Origin: Candidatus Gottesmanbacteria bacterium RIFCSPLOWO2_01_FULL_42_22
GTDB lineage: Bacteria > Patescibacteriota > Microgenomatia > 2-02-FULL-39-11
Direction: 5' to 3'
Assembly (NCBI GenBank): GCA_001779315.1
Contig: MFJU01000004.1
Span: 6,753 to 70,752 of the forward strand
DNA: 64,000 nucleotides
Shown: in pieces, positions 19,728-29,649 of the stretch
Layout: each line of letters begins with the position of its first letter
Position numbering within the stretch: position 1 is the stretch's first letter
The notes under the pieces: generated by a model
Database searches by the model: none
Seen by the model: only the letters and a program-made list of their open reading frames with translations
What the model was told of the DNA's origin: nothing
Program-made: the position numbers and the translations under genes

Positions 19728-19913
19728 ATGGATAAAAAAACTATGGCCATTTTGTTGAGTCTGGCTGCCCTTATCGCTGGAATCTATTTTCTGACAAACT
19801 CGGTTGATGTCAAACCTTTCTTCAGTTTCCCCGGCATTAACCAGGCTACCTCTTCTGGTTCCCAAAAAGGCTTCTCCGAACTCCTGGAACCGTCTCTTAC
19901 CCCTACTCCCTGA
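19728..19913 (+). CDS. Small single-TM protein
   Basis: 61 aa with N-terminal TM, directly after the PEGA gene. Confidence 0.55.
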   Translation: MDKKTMAILLSLAALIAGIYFLTNSVDVKPFFSFPGINQATSSGSQKGFSELLEPSLTPTP

Positions 19914-20643
19914 AATCCTTTTCCGGAACAGCCAGGATGATCAGTCGTTTAAAAGTCGTTCCCGGAGGCCAGCATGTCTGCAGTGTCAGCTGTTCATAGT
20001 TGGTCTGCCTGGTCAAATATTCAATTTCAGTCGGATCGACAATCAGTTTATTGGTTACCCTGTAAATATGCCTTTTTCCGTTCAAAAAAAGATCAACTTC
20101 ATCCCCTTTTTCCAGTTCCTTCAGTAAATAAAAAATAGCGTTATAACGGCCCACATTCCAAAAATTATCAGTTGAGTGGGCAAAGAGGAAAATATTACCC
20201 GTCACCCCCGGAAAAACCGTGCCGGCCGCGTGGGCGACTCCTTTTTTTAAAGCATCCAAATAAATATCAGGTTTGCCGGCATCAATATTGGGAGCAATCG
20301 GCGCGTTTGCCCCGATTTTCGGAATGATTATGCCGAATTTAGAGGATACCGGTTCCAGAAATTCCACTTTATCCCCGCCGGAAATCTGTCCAAAAAGTGT
20401 GTTGTTTATGATCTCCGGGGTTGGAGTAGGTTCCTCGCTCAATACCTCTGTTTCATCTTCAGCAACTACCCCCTTCCAGGCAATCTGGTAGCGGACATTT
20501 CTCATTTGGTTGAGCCGGTACTTGCTTTCCAAAAGCACAGCCGGACCCAATGTTCTGCTGATGCCATAGAGTGAAGCTAACAGAAGGAAATTTCCCAGTG
20601 TTCGTAAAATAATAAATCTGATAACTTCCCTGCTTATTTTCAT
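19903..20643 (-). CDS. Sortase (class E/D-like)
   Basis: IIIPKIG, LKKGVAHA, FLFAHS, LTLQTCWPPGTTFKRL (H/C/R triad). Confidence 0.9.
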   Translation of the reverse strand: MKISREVIRFIILRTLGNFLLLASLYGISRTLGPAVLLESKYRLNQMRNVRYQIAWKGVVAEDETEVLSEEPTPTPEIINNTLFGQISGGDKVEFLEPVSSKFGIIIPKIGANAPIAPNIDAGKPDIYLDALKKGVAHAAGTVFPGVTGNIFLFAHSTDNFWNVGRYNAIFYLLKELEKGDEVDLFLNGKRHIYRVTNKLIVDPTEIEYLTRQTNYEQLTLQTCWPPGTTFKRLIILAVPEKDFRE

Positions 20644-20653
20644 ATAAAAAAAG

Positions 20654-20725
20654 TACCCCTGGGCGGAATCGAACCGCCATCAATCGCTTAGGACGCGACT
20701 ACTCTGTCCGTTGAGCTACAGGGGC
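20654..20725 (-). tRNA. tRNA-Arg(CCT)
   Basis: GCCCCTGTAGCTCAACGGACAGAG...GTCGC-GTCCTAA-GCGAT...GGTTCGATTCC...CAGGGGT-A; cloverleaf, CCA not encoded. Confidence 0.95.
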
Positions 20726-20808
20726 ATAAATTTGGAACTGCCAATATCCAACCTTAATATTTTATCATTCAGGTGATAAAATACGAAGAGACTCTGTGTC
20801 AGGGAAAT

Positions 20809-20885
20809 CGGGATGTAGCTCAGTTGGCTAGAGCGCTACGTTCGGGACGTAGAGGCCCGCGGTTCAAGTCCGCGCATCCCGACCA
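20809..20885 (+). tRNA. tRNA-Pro(CGG)
   Basis: CGGGATGTAGCTCAGTTGGCTAGAGCG-CTACG-TTCGGGA-CGTAG...GGTTCAAGTCC...CATCCCG-ACCA. Confidence 0.96.
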
Positions 20886-20897
20886 ACAGAATATAAT

Positions 20898-21164
20898 TTG
20901 GCAAAGGGGGTGATCAATTTGAAACAAGTAGGTCAGGTAACCCACTATTACGATAAAATCTCTGTGGCGGTCATCAACCTATCCTCAAAACTTAAGGTTG
21001 GTGAGACAGTTAAATTTTCCCACCATGATGATGAATTTACCCAGACAGTCAGCTCAATGCAAAAAGACCACCAGGTGATTGAGAAAGCGGGCAAAGGGGA
21101 AGAAATAGCCATCAAAACCGACAAAAAAGTCAAATCAGGCGATAAAGTTTATTTGGTTTCCTGA
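20898..21164 (+). CDS. Small beta-barrel protein (EF-Tu domain 2 / U32 peptidase C-terminal-like)
   Basis: VGQVTHYYDKISVAVI...LKVGETV...QTVSSMQ...VKSGDKVY; true start may be TTG at 20919 after a GGGGGTGA SD. Confidence 0.8.
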   Translation: MAKGVINLKQVGQVTHYYDKISVAVINLSSKLKVGETVKFSHHDDEFTQTVSSMQKDHQVIEKAGKGEEIAIKTDKKVKSGDKVYLVS

Positions 21165-21181
21165 ATCTCGGGTGAATCGCC

Positions 21182-21418
21182 TTATTTATTCTTTCTGCCA
21201 ACTGATTTTCTGGTGGGCTTAGTTTCGGCTCTGGCCCGATCGGCGAAAAATAAGAGATAAATAACCGGCAGGACTCCGACGGTATTCAAAACCAAAAGAG
21301 CGACAAACCAGTATTTGTGGTCTTTCTTGGCCGCTTTCCAAAGAGCAAAGCCCTTCATGATCAATTCCAGCGCGATAACCGGCAAATAGACCCATTTATT
21401 TTCAGGGAAGAAACCCAT
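21182..21418 (-). CDS. DUF5652-like small membrane protein
   Basis: KGFALWKAAK...WFVALLVLNTVGVLPVIY. Confidence 0.8.
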   Translation of the reverse strand: MGFFPENKWVYLPVIALELIMKGFALWKAAKKDHKYWFVALLVLNTVGVLPVIYLLFFADRARAETKPTRKSVGRKNK

Positions 21419-21442
21419 GATGATTATAGTATACTACGAAAC

Positions 21443-22024
21443 ATGCCCGATTTAGTGCTCGCTTCCCAGTCGCTGGGCAGGAAAAAACTGCTGCAATATC
21501 TCAAAATCCCTTTTAAAATCATTATTTCCTCACTTGACGAAGAAAAAATCCTGGCCAAAACCCCTGAAGAAACCATCAGGCTTCGGGCAAAACTTAAAGG
21601 CGAAGAAGTGGCATCCCGGCTCCAATCTCCTTCAATTATCCTTTCAGCCGACTCCGGTGCTGTCTTCGGCCGCGAACTGATCGGCAAACCGCATAGTAGA
21701 GAGGATGCAGTCAGAATTTTAAAAACCCTGGCTGGCCATCGTCATAAATATATAACCTCAACTTACATCATCAAATTATCAACTGATAAATTAAAAAGTA
21801 TCATTTACCAAGGGGAAAACACCAGTTTTGTCACCTTCAGAAAAATGGCTAAGGACGATATAAATTTTTTCCTGGACCGTACCGATTATACCCGATTTGC
21901 CGCCGGTTATATTTTAGTCAGCGCCCAGGATTTCATCACCCGTGTGGAAGGTTCCCTTTCCAACGTCATCGGCCTGCCGCTGGAAGACATCATCCCTGTC
22001 TTAAAAAAAGAACATATTATTTGA
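21443..22024 (+). CDS. maf: Maf-family nucleoside triphosphate pyrophosphatase
   Basis: Start MPDLVLASQSLGRKKLL; SADS, IGKP, FAAGY, VEGSLSNVIGLP. Confidence 0.88.
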   Translation: MPDLVLASQSLGRKKLLQYLKIPFKIIISSLDEEKILAKTPEETIRLRAKLKGEEVASRLQSPSIILSADSGAVFGRELIGKPHSREDAVRILKTLAGHRHKYITSTYIIKLSTDKLKSIIYQGENTSFVTFRKMAKDDINFFLDRTDYTRFAAGYILVSAQDFITRVEGSLSNVIGLPLEDIIPVLKKEHII

Positions 22025-22071
22025 TATATTTCAAAATATACCTTTGTTTGCTATACTCACCTTAACAATTT

Positions 22072-22428
22072 ATGGCTATTACTCATATCAATGCAGTTAT
22101 AAAAAACCCTGTCATACCCGGCAAATCGATGATAAGAAGATTCCTGGTTGATTCCGGAGCAGTTTACTCCGTAATGCCGGAAAGTGATTTAAAAAAACTC
22201 GGCATAAAACCGACTGATAAACAAGGATTTAGCTTGGCTAATGGCGAAGTCATTGAAAAAGAGGTTGGCAATGCTTTATTTAAATATAAGGGTAAAATAA
22301 GAAGTTCTCCTGTAGTCTTCGGTAATAAAAATATCTATCTGTTAGGGGCAGTCACACTGGAATCTTTAGGAGTCATACTTGATCCGATAAACCGCGAACT
22401 GAAACCCCTGCCGATGCTCTTAATGTAA
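22072..22428 (+). CDS. Retropepsin-like (clan AA) aspartyl protease
   Basis: FLVDSGA catalytic motif; LLGAVTLESLG. Confidence 0.85.
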   Translation: MAITHINAVIKNPVIPGKSMIRRFLVDSGAVYSVMPESDLKKLGIKPTDKQGFSLANGEVIEKEVGNALFKYKGKIRSSPVVFGNKNIYLLGAVTLESLGVILDPINRELKPLPMLLM

Positions 22429-22441
22429 AAGACGCTGTTGA

Positions 22442-23329
22442 TTAAACCGAAACAATCCCCATCATGACTATTCCTGCCAGGCTGAAGAGAATCCCCAGCC
22501 GCTGCTGGCCGGTCAGCCGTTCTTTGAAAACGAAACGGGAGATGATGACAAAAATCACTGGTGCCGAACCGGCTATAGGCGCCACCACAGATGAAAAACC
22601 GTAGGTTATTCCCAGATTAAAGGCAAAATTAGCTGTTAATATCAAAAGAGTCATAGTTATGATCATCAATATGATGCGCCTGTTTTTAAGTTTATTTATG
22701 GTTATATCTTTTCTTTTGACCATACCCGTCAAATACATGTAAATAAAAAAGGAATATCCCGGATAGGAAGACCAAAACCAGCCGATTTTCTCGACCGGGT
22801 AGCGGACCAAAGTCCAATATATCCCCCAGATAAGCAAAGTTGCAAAAGATAAAACGATGCTTTTCTCTTTCAGTAACCGGCTTAGATTTCTCTTTTTTAT
22901 TTCTTCAAAATGAAAAGTTGCCAAAACCAATCCGCTGATTATCAATAAAATTGCTCCTATTTGGATTGCTGTCAGACTTTCTTTAAAAAGCAGAATTGAC
23001 AAGGGTACTGTTACGACGGGAAATGCTCCGCTGATTGTCCCAACCAAAGAAGTATGCCCGACCTCCAATGCCCGGAAATAAAAAATCGTGCCGTAAAGGC
23101 CGAAAAAATTTATCAGAATGGCCAAAAACAGCATCGCCCAATCATTAACCGGACCGGCAAACGGAATATAAAGTGAGGAAATGAGGAAACTGCCGATAAG
23201 CCAGATGAAATTGGCTGCCCTGTTGCCCAAGATACGGGAAACCTTGGCCACCATAATATCCCCGGCTCCCCAGCCGACCAGGGCTAGTAAGGCAAAGAAA
23301 ATAGCCATAGCCAAAGAGTATATCATCAT
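22442..23329 (-). CDS. EamA/DMT family transporter
   Basis: Ten TM segments in two repeats, LFKESL / VFKERL. Confidence 0.9.
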   Translation of the reverse strand: MMIYSLAMAIFFALLALVGWGAGDIMVAKVSRILGNRAANFIWLIGSFLISSLYIPFAGPVNDWAMLFLAILINFFGLYGTIFYFRALEVGHTSLVGTISGAFPVVTVPLSILLFKESLTAIQIGAILLIISGLVLATFHFEEIKKRNLSRLLKEKSIVLSFATLLIWGIYWTLVRYPVEKIGWFWSSYPGYSFFIYMYLTGMVKRKDITINKLKNRRIILMIITMTLLILTANFAFNLGITYGFSSVVAPIAGSAPVIFVIISRFVFKERLTGQQRLGILFSLAGIVMMGIVSV

Positions 23330-23382
23330 CTCGTGCTTGACAACATATGGTTCAGACAGTATTTTTTAAAAGGGTTTAAAAA

Positions 23383-23877
23383 ATGAAAGTCCGCCAATTA
23401 ATGCGGTTAAAACCCAAAACAGTTACACCGGATACTCCTCTTGAGAGGGTATGGCAGATCGTTTCCGAACTCAAATTCCATATTCTGCCCGTTGTCGATG
23501 AAAATAACCGGCTCAAAGGCGTCATCACTGCCGAGGATCTTTTGAAGAATTTAGTACCCGACTACCGTAATTTCTTTTCCGAATTTTATCCGGATGCGCC
23601 CACCATTGATGATATTGTTGATCAAATCGAAAAACAAATCCGTTTGACAGCCCGCGATCTGATGAATAAAAAAGTCTATACCGCAAATAGCGATCAGGAT
23701 GTTTTCAAAGCCCTGTCCAAAATGATGGTTTACAACGTCAGAATCCTGCCTGTCTTAAATGATGATGAAAAATTGGCCGGTTTTATCGTGGAAAAGGATA
23801 TCTTCAAATACCTCTTCCAAAAGGAAAAACACATTTTTGCCAAACTGCAAAAACTAAAGCAGAAGAAATCCTCCTAA
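23383..23877 (+). CDS. CBS domain pair protein
   Basis: LPVVDENNRLKGVITAEDL and LPVLNDDEKLAGFIVEKDI. Confidence 0.9.
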   Translation: MKVRQLMRLKPKTVTPDTPLERVWQIVSELKFHILPVVDENNRLKGVITAEDLLKNLVPDYRNFFSEFYPDAPTIDDIVDQIEKQIRLTARDLMNKKVYTANSDQDVFKALSKMMVYNVRILPVLNDDEKLAGFIVEKDIFKYLFQKEKHIFAKLQKLKQKKSS

Positions 23878-23940
23878 CCGATCCCGGATTGACAAATCAG
23901 GCTGATATAAATATCATTCCCCTATTCTGCCCCATCTAAT

Positions 23941-25629
23941 ATGCCTCCCGTACAAGAAAGAAACGAAAACAGACCACGCGCCGCAATAGATCAATATACA
24001 CATGGCTTGTCTGAGGAAATCAGGCAGCAAATGGCCCCTCTAATAGAAGATTCAATCAGAGTATATGATTGGGCTGTGGCGAGATTATCCAAACATGGAC
24101 TTACCCCGACCAAAGCCGATTTGCTCCTTAAAGGAAACGTCAACAGTGGCGATAATCCTGCAGATCCTGGTTTTGCTTTTGAACACGAACTTGCAGCTGA
24201 ATTCAGGCATACCGTCCACCATGTCACTGTTACGGCTTTAAAACTAAAAAGGTTCATGCTGGAACAAGAAATGCCAGAACGCGTGATTGCCTATCAATCA
24301 GGCACCGGTTTTCCTTTACCGGAGGAAATTGAGGGAAAAGTTGAAAAAATCGGCTTTCTGCAGTTCGGAAAAGGCATCCTGACACATATTCCGAAAGCCG
24401 ACCATAAAAGGGACGACCGGCCAGAAGAAGATGAAAGTCCTGAGGAATCTCCCGCCGGCATGTATTTTTATAAAGTGACAGCCGACAATGGCCGTGAAAT
24501 GACTTTGATTGCCTTGAAAGGTCGCTATCACGGTTATTCAGCTGTTGCTTCAGGCATGTCCTATCCCCATCACCGCCTGGCAATTCTTCCCAGGGTCCTA
24601 AAAGGTATCGGCATTGAAGAAGTGTTTACAACTTTTGCTTCCGGTTATGACGGAGTGCCGGAAGGTGATGAAGCCATGCCTGAGACCGGGGATTACGGCT
24701 ATATATTAAATTTTGCCGATCTTTTCGGTGAACAACAAAGGACCGACCCCGCCTTAGGGATCCAAACAATACTTGCACCGCTTTATGGCGGCCCCTATCA
24801 GGGAACCACTGAATTAGCCAATGGCAAAATGAGCATCACTCTGATGGAAAAAGCCATCCGCCATGTTTATCCGGACGGAAAAATGGCCGATGGAACTCTC
24901 ATTCCCGCCCGGCATGGCACCCTGTTCTATGACGGCCCTGCCCCCCATTTTGAAAATTCTGCACATTGGGCGCGGGCAAGAGTTAATGCAGCCAAAATAT
25001 TACAAACACCGGGTATGTTTGACACTGAGATTATCGCAGAGATTCCTTCAACTGTTATATCTACCAATCAGGGTATGTCTTCCTGGTCGGAAATAATGAA
25101 CTATAATCTATCAATCCCCAAAGGGAGCGGCGGAGTTGAATCTGTCTTCAACCGGAAAGTTAAAGTGACTTCCCTTACCTCCGATACCGACACTATTGAT
25201 CCCAGAACCGGAGGCCAAAGCCACAAAATTTCCGACGATGCGGTGCGTGAAGCCGGCAAGAAAGGGGCCGCTTTTTTTGCCCCTGTCGTCAGCGAGTACG
25301 CCAGACAAATAGCCTCTTTCTATAAGGAAGGAGAAAATCTCTCCGGATTAATGAACGAATTGGATAAAATTCCCCAAGATTCAAAATCAGAGCAGGACCA
25401 GTTAGACAGATTATTGTTGGAAGAAATACAACGCTATCAATTAAAAGATACTATGACAGTAAAAGATTTTTATGAAGATCTTGTAGATATGAGGGGGATT
25501 TGTTTTAGAGACGCTCAAGAAAAACCCGGCATGGAAGCATCCTATAAAATTGCGGTTTTATATGATAATTTAGCCGCAAGACTAGCCGAGTATATGGGAA
25601 TCGAACACGAGGGATATCGCTTCGCCTAA
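23941..25629 (+). CDS. Highly divergent purine nucleoside phosphorylase-like protein with N- and C-terminal extensions
   Basis: AYQSGTG, LKGRYHGY, TTFASG, GPAPHFE, GMSSWSE, TSDTD align to trimeric PNP motifs (GSG, GRxHxYE, TNAAG, GPxYE, GMSTVPE, ITN). Preceded by TTGACA-17-TATCAT. Confidence 0.6.
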   Translation: MPPVQERNENRPRAAIDQYTHGLSEEIRQQMAPLIEDSIRVYDWAVARLSKHGLTPTKADLLLKGNVNSGDNPADPGFAFEHELAAEFRHTVHHVTVTALKLKRFMLEQEMPERVIAYQSGTGFPLPEEIEGKVEKIGFLQFGKGILTHIPKADHKRDDRPEEDESPEESPAGMYFYKVTADNGREMTLIALKGRYHGYSAVASGMSYPHHRLAILPRVLKGIGIEEVFTTFASGYDGVPEGDEAMPETGDYGYILNFADLFGEQQRTDPALGIQTILAPLYGGPYQGTTELANGKMSITLMEKAIRHVYPDGKMADGTLIPARHGTLFYDGPAPHFENSAHWARARVNAAKILQTPGMFDTEIIAEIPSTVISTNQGMSSWSEIMNYNLSIPKGSGGVESVFNRKVKVTSLTSDTDTIDPRTGGQSHKISDDAVREAGKKGAAFFAPVVSEYARQIASFYKEGENLSGLMNELDKIPQDSKSEQDQLDRLLLEEIQRYQLKDTMTVKDFYEDLVDMRGICFRDAQEKPGMEASYKIAVLYDNLAARLAEYMGIEHEGYRFA

Positions 25630-25632
25630 TTT

Positions 25633-26262
25633 CTACAGATATTTTTTGGCCAGGCGCAGAGATTCCTTGGCAAAAAAATCCTGCACTTCTGCCCATTTTA
25701 CCGGTTTGATCATCGCCGGCATATTGTCTTCTTTAGCATCTTCAAAAAATCCTAAAGCCTTGATGATAACGTAAAGATTATTACCGGTATCGCCGAATTT
25801 TTTTACGTATAAATCAATCATCGTCTCAACTGTGAATTTTTGAGTGATGAAATATAAATCAATATAATCCCTTTTAGTCGCTCTGCCGGAAATTGCCGAA
25901 AGTTTCATTGCTGCAATATCCTCCACCGAAGCAACTTTGATGCTTTTGAATATTGAAAATTTACCGATTAGCGGATAGTTATATCGGAATAAACTTAACT
26001 TTACACCTTCAAATTCTCCCAATATGGTATGGGGTGGTTCAAGCAATGTAACAGAGAATTTACCAAGTTTGGTTAATTGAACGGGTATATCTTTTGCTAA
26101 AATACTCTTTTGGGTATAAAAATCCAAATCAACGCTTTTCCGATGACCTAAATGAAGTGCTAAAGCCGATCCTCCGGCTAAATAACAGGAAGTAAAAATC
26201 TCGGATTGTCCTAATTTGGCCAATGCATTTTGCGCATTGACCGGTAAGGTTCCCGCATGCAT
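25633..26262 (-). CDS. AbiEii/AbiGii-family nucleotidyltransferase toxin (type IV TA)
   Basis: YLAGGSALALHLGHRKSVDLDF, DIAAMKLSAI, KRDYIDLY; start probably MHAGT at 26262. Confidence 0.88.
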   Translation of the reverse strand: MHAGTLPVNAQNALAKLGQSEIFTSCYLAGGSALALHLGHRKSVDLDFYTQKSILAKDIPVQLTKLGKFSVTLLEPPHTILGEFEGVKLSLFRYNYPLIGKFSIFKSIKVASVEDIAAMKLSAISGRATKRDYIDLYFITQKFTVETMIDLYVKKFGDTGNNLYVIIKALGFFEDAKEDNMPAMIKPVKWAEVQDFFAKESLRLAKKYL

Positions 26263-26531
26263 TTGATCTCCTCTATTGGAATATTTAACAGTCGTGACCA
26301 AAATATAACAGTTTTAGATGAAAAATCCCTCATTTTTTTGATTGTTTCAATAATGAGTTCCTCCGGAAAATTCCGCCTCACCCACCTGACTGCCGCCAGA
26401 TTCCCTTTATCCAATAACCTATTGATGACATAATACGGCTTTTTAGCAGGGTTAAGTTTCGTAACGTCGCAATCCCAGAAAAAAAAGTGCAATGAGGGAG
26501 GAAGTTTTGCAGGTATTAGCTTCTTTTTCAC
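26211..26531 (-). CDS. DUF6922-like antitoxin partner
   Basis: FFWDCD...YVINRLLDKG...VRW...FW, directly upstream of the AbiEii gene. Confidence 0.8.
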   Translation of the reverse strand: MKKKLIPAKLPPSLHFFFWDCDVTKLNPAKKPYYVINRLLDKGNLAAVRWVRRNFPEELIIETIKKMRDFSSKTVIFWSRLLNIPIEEIKCMREPYRSMRKMHWPN

Positions 26532-26554
26532 CCCTTAATTATAGCAAAAATAGC

Positions 26555-26980
26555 TTACCTTTTCCATTCCTGGATTTCGTGAGGGAGGAATATGAGATCC
26601 ATCTCTTTGGAAGCGGCATGGTCGTCTTCTGAAGCATGAATGGCATTTCTCTGGACATCTTCGCCGTAATCACCTCTTATGGTTCCTTTTGGAGCTTTTG
26701 TAGCGTCTGTCGGCCCGCATAATTTTCTTACCCGTTTTATGGCATCCTTACCTTCCCAGAGCATGGCCATGATGGGAGTCGAAATCATGAAACTTTTAAG
26801 TTCCGCAAAGAACGGTTTTTCTTTATGATGCTCATACCAGTCGTCCAGAAGGTCATCGGGCAGTCTCATGAATTTGGCGGCGATCAGCAAAAAGTCTTCT
26901 TTTTCAAAGCGGGCAATTATCTTTCCGATAAAACCCTTGCTGACGGCATCGGGCTTAATTAATACGACTGTACGTTCCAT
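26555..26980 (-). CDS. ndk: Nucleoside diphosphate kinase
   Basis: ERTVVLIKPDAV, GTIRGDYG, NAIHASE. Confidence 0.96.
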   Translation of the reverse strand: MERTVVLIKPDAVSKGFIGKIIARFEKEDFLLIAAKFMRLPDDLLDDWYEHHKEKPFFAELKSFMISTPIMAMLWEGKDAIKRVRKLCGPTDATKAPKGTIRGDYGEDVQRNAIHASEDDHAASKEMDLIFLPHEIQEWKR

Positions 26981-27000
26981 ATTTCTAATATATAAACTTA

Positions 27001-27083
27001 AAATTCAAAACTCAAATATCAAATCAAACCCAATCCCGATTTAATCGGGATGATTTGTCATTTGAATTTTGTTATTTGAATTT
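27001..27083. repeat. Imperfect intergenic inverted repeat with a perfect central palindrome
   Basis: AAATTCAAA...ATCCCGAT-TTA-ATCGGGAT...TTTGAATTT. Confidence 0.45.
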
Positions 27084-28347
27084 AAAGAATCAATAATTTC
27101 TCAAATCTCTCTTCGTCTTTGTATGGTCCGATAACGGCCAGGTTTAGAGTCTGTTCTTTAAATATATTTTGGGCGGTTTCCCTTACCTCTTCTGCCGTCA
27201 CTTTATCGACATTTTTCATGATTTCTTCAGGGGTTTTTATTTTGCCTTCCAAAAGTTCCCCCGTGGCGAAAAGTCCGGCTACATTGCGGCTGTCTTCCAG
27301 ATCCAATATCAATTTTCCTTTCAGGTTCTCTTTGGCTTTTTTCAGTTCTTCCGCTTTAACCGGCTCTTTTCCGATTTTGGCAAATTCGGCCAGGATGACT
27401 TTTATGGCATCGTCGATTCTTTTAATATCGACTCCGGCTTGGGTGACGAAATTGCCGACATCGGTGTACATCTCATTGGCTGAGCGGATATAGTAAGCTA
27501 ATCCCCTTCTCTCTCTTACCTCGATAAACAGCCGTGATGACATGCCACCGCCCAAAAGATTGGTCAAAACTCCGAGTTTATAGCGGTCAGGATGGGTCAG
27601 ATTATAGCCCCGGACGCCTATACAAAGATGTGCCTGCTGGGTATCTTTATGGCGAAGAAGAAGTGCCGGCTTTTTTTGCCCGTCACGGAATTTTTCCGGC
27701 TGTTCCGGTTTTTTAGATTGCCATTCTCCGAGATATTTATTGGTCAATTCCCTGGCAGAGCCTTCTATCCCGCCGCTAACAGTTACAATCGTATTGGCAG
27801 GCCCGTAAAAACGGTTCAGGTAGGCGATAAAATCTTCCCTTTTGATTGAGCGGATGACGTCAGGAATACCGGCAATGTCCCGTCCCAGCTTGGTATCGCC
27901 GTAAAGGAGGTTTTCGTACAAATCGGAGATTTTGCGGATCGGCATATCTTCATACATATTGATCTCTTCGATAATGACGCCTTTTTCCCGCTCGATTTCG
28001 GCAGGGTCAAATTTGGAATGCAAAAGCATATCGGACAGGACATCAAAAAGAAGCGGCAGGTGTTTTTGTGCAGCTTTAATGTAATAACCGGTGTGGTCTT
28101 TACTGGTAAAGGCGTTAAATTCCCCACCGATACCGTCAATCAGGGTCGCAATGTCCAATGCCGTCGGCCTTTTTTGGGTACCCTTAAAAGCCATATGTTC
28201 CAAAAAATGCGACAGGCCGTTGATATTTTTCTCTTCGAAGCGTGAGCCTGCAGCTACAGTTATCAGCATCGTTACCGAAGCCACGCCGGGCATGGGGATT
28301 GTCAGGAGGCGCAAACCGTTATCGAGAGTGGTTTTCCGGTAGTCCAT
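27082..28347 (-). CDS. M16 family (pitrilysin-like) zinc peptidase
   Basis: HFLEHMAFKGT (HxxEH), NAFTSKD, SSRLFIEVRERRGLAY. Confidence 0.95.
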   Translation of the reverse strand: MDYRKTTLDNGLRLLTIPMPGVASVTMLITVAAGSRFEEKNINGLSHFLEHMAFKGTQKRPTALDIATLIDGIGGEFNAFTSKDHTGYYIKAAQKHLPLLFDVLSDMLLHSKFDPAEIEREKGVIIEEINMYEDMPIRKISDLYENLLYGDTKLGRDIAGIPDVIRSIKREDFIAYLNRFYGPANTIVTVSGGIEGSARELTNKYLGEWQSKKPEQPEKFRDGQKKPALLLRHKDTQQAHLCIGVRGYNLTHPDRYKLGVLTNLLGGGMSSRLFIEVRERRGLAYYIRSANEMYTDVGNFVTQAGVDIKRIDDAIKVILAEFAKIGKEPVKAEELKKAKENLKGKLILDLEDSRNVAGLFATGELLEGKIKTPEEIMKNVDKVTAEEVRETAQNIFKEQTLNLAVIGPYKDEERFEKLLIL

Positions 28348-28392
28348 AAAAGAATCACATCATAGCAAAAAAAGGCACAGAAGGAAAGGTTT

Positions 28393-29523
28393 TTAAGGAC
28401 TGGCCATATCCGGCTCGGAATAACTGTAAAGGCTTTTGTCAATAATAGTTGATTTATTCCGATTCTTAATGTTAAAGAGAAAAAGATTTCCGTTATCCTC
28501 AAGTACTATTCTATTTCTGTCTCTGCAGGCAAAATCATCACCCATAACGATCAAATTTGGATCATCTAACCTCCAATTAGTTTGATAAATAGCCCTTCTT
28601 TTAATATCAGAGTTTATAGCGGTAAAAAGCATTCTGGGGCCGCAAAATTGGGGATTTTGCGGATTAAATACCGAATTATTTACATCCATTGTAAAATAAC
28701 CGCCAGCTAGCAAATCATGAAACTGCAGATATTTACCTGTATTTCTAAAGGTGCTTCCCTCATCATTGGTATCTATTTCTTGACCTTGAACATAATAAGA
28801 AATAATCTTCCTGTTTGTATCATAGGTAAAGAATTGAGGTTGAGAATTTAAGAAGTTTGCTACAGTCAAAGAAAAGCTGACCAGATCGGGATTATAAGGA
28901 GATATAACAATCTGATAAATATTACTCACCTCCGGCTCCAAACCTGATGCTTGTTTATCTTCTTCCGGCCAATGTTTTGAGGCAAAAATTGACCGGCTGA
29001 TTTTGTTTTTTTGACCCATCATAACTTCCTCTATACCCTGGTTTATTTTCTGCTCTCCTAAAATTTCCGTTAAGCTGTTTTTTACTGTTGTATGCCTCCA
29101 CCTCCATAAACTGTTTCTACTGGAAAAAATCACCCCGCAATTATCATTTTCAACTACAGGATGCTCGGCTTTATCAAGCTGTGTATCCGGAAAAATCTCA
29201 TTTAATCGTATTGGTTCCCTTTCTCTCCACCCTTCTGATAAATCAAAAAGCACTATTTGTGATTTATTCGTGATTTTATTTGTTTCAACAGCAGCCAGTA
29301 ATTCCTGATCACAAATTTCACCTGCCAAAGGAGCTGGTCCTGTGTTTCCCGGAATTACTCCATTCATGGCCAAATCCTCCAGATCAGGAGCAGCCGCCAG
29401 ATAAGCGCAGACCAGAGCGAACATCCCGACAGCTTGTCCCCACCTTCGCCAACTGATTTTTTTTAGTCGGTCCAAAACCCTTAAATTACCATTGTGGGTC
29501 CCGACTTTCCTTTCTGTCTCCAT
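28393..29523 (-). CDS. Hypothetical membrane-anchored protein, possible beta-propeller
   Basis: TM near the N-terminus; HPVV, ISPYNPD, FNPQNPQF, YSEPDMASP resemble TolB/PD40 blades. Confidence 0.6.
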   Translation of the reverse strand: METERKVGTHNGNLRVLDRLKKISWRRWGQAVGMFALVCAYLAAAPDLEDLAMNGVIPGNTGPAPLAGEICDQELLAAVETNKITNKSQIVLFDLSEGWREREPIRLNEIFPDTQLDKAEHPVVENDNCGVIFSSRNSLWRWRHTTVKNSLTEILGEQKINQGIEEVMMGQKNKISRSIFASKHWPEEDKQASGLEPEVSNIYQIVISPYNPDLVSFSLTVANFLNSQPQFFTYDTNRKIISYYVQGQEIDTNDEGSTFRNTGKYLQFHDLLAGGYFTMDVNNSVFNPQNPQFCGPRMLFTAINSDIKRRAIYQTNWRLDDPNLIVMGDDFACRDRNRIVLEDNGNLFLFNIKNRNKSTIIDKSLYSYSEPDMASP

Positions 29524-29649
29524 AAAAAATACTCCAGGGTATTATAGACTATATTGCGGAATTATCAGCCTATCCGCTGCCTGTTGATCAATAAATTCCC
29601 GGCATCTTGACCATCTGTTTGAGATAGGGCTAGAATGAAATTATTCCCG

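Noticed and set aside
20654-20725. tRNA-Arg(CCT) as ligand of the T-box
   Set aside because: It reads AGG, not CGA, and has discriminator A, whereas UGGC requires G.
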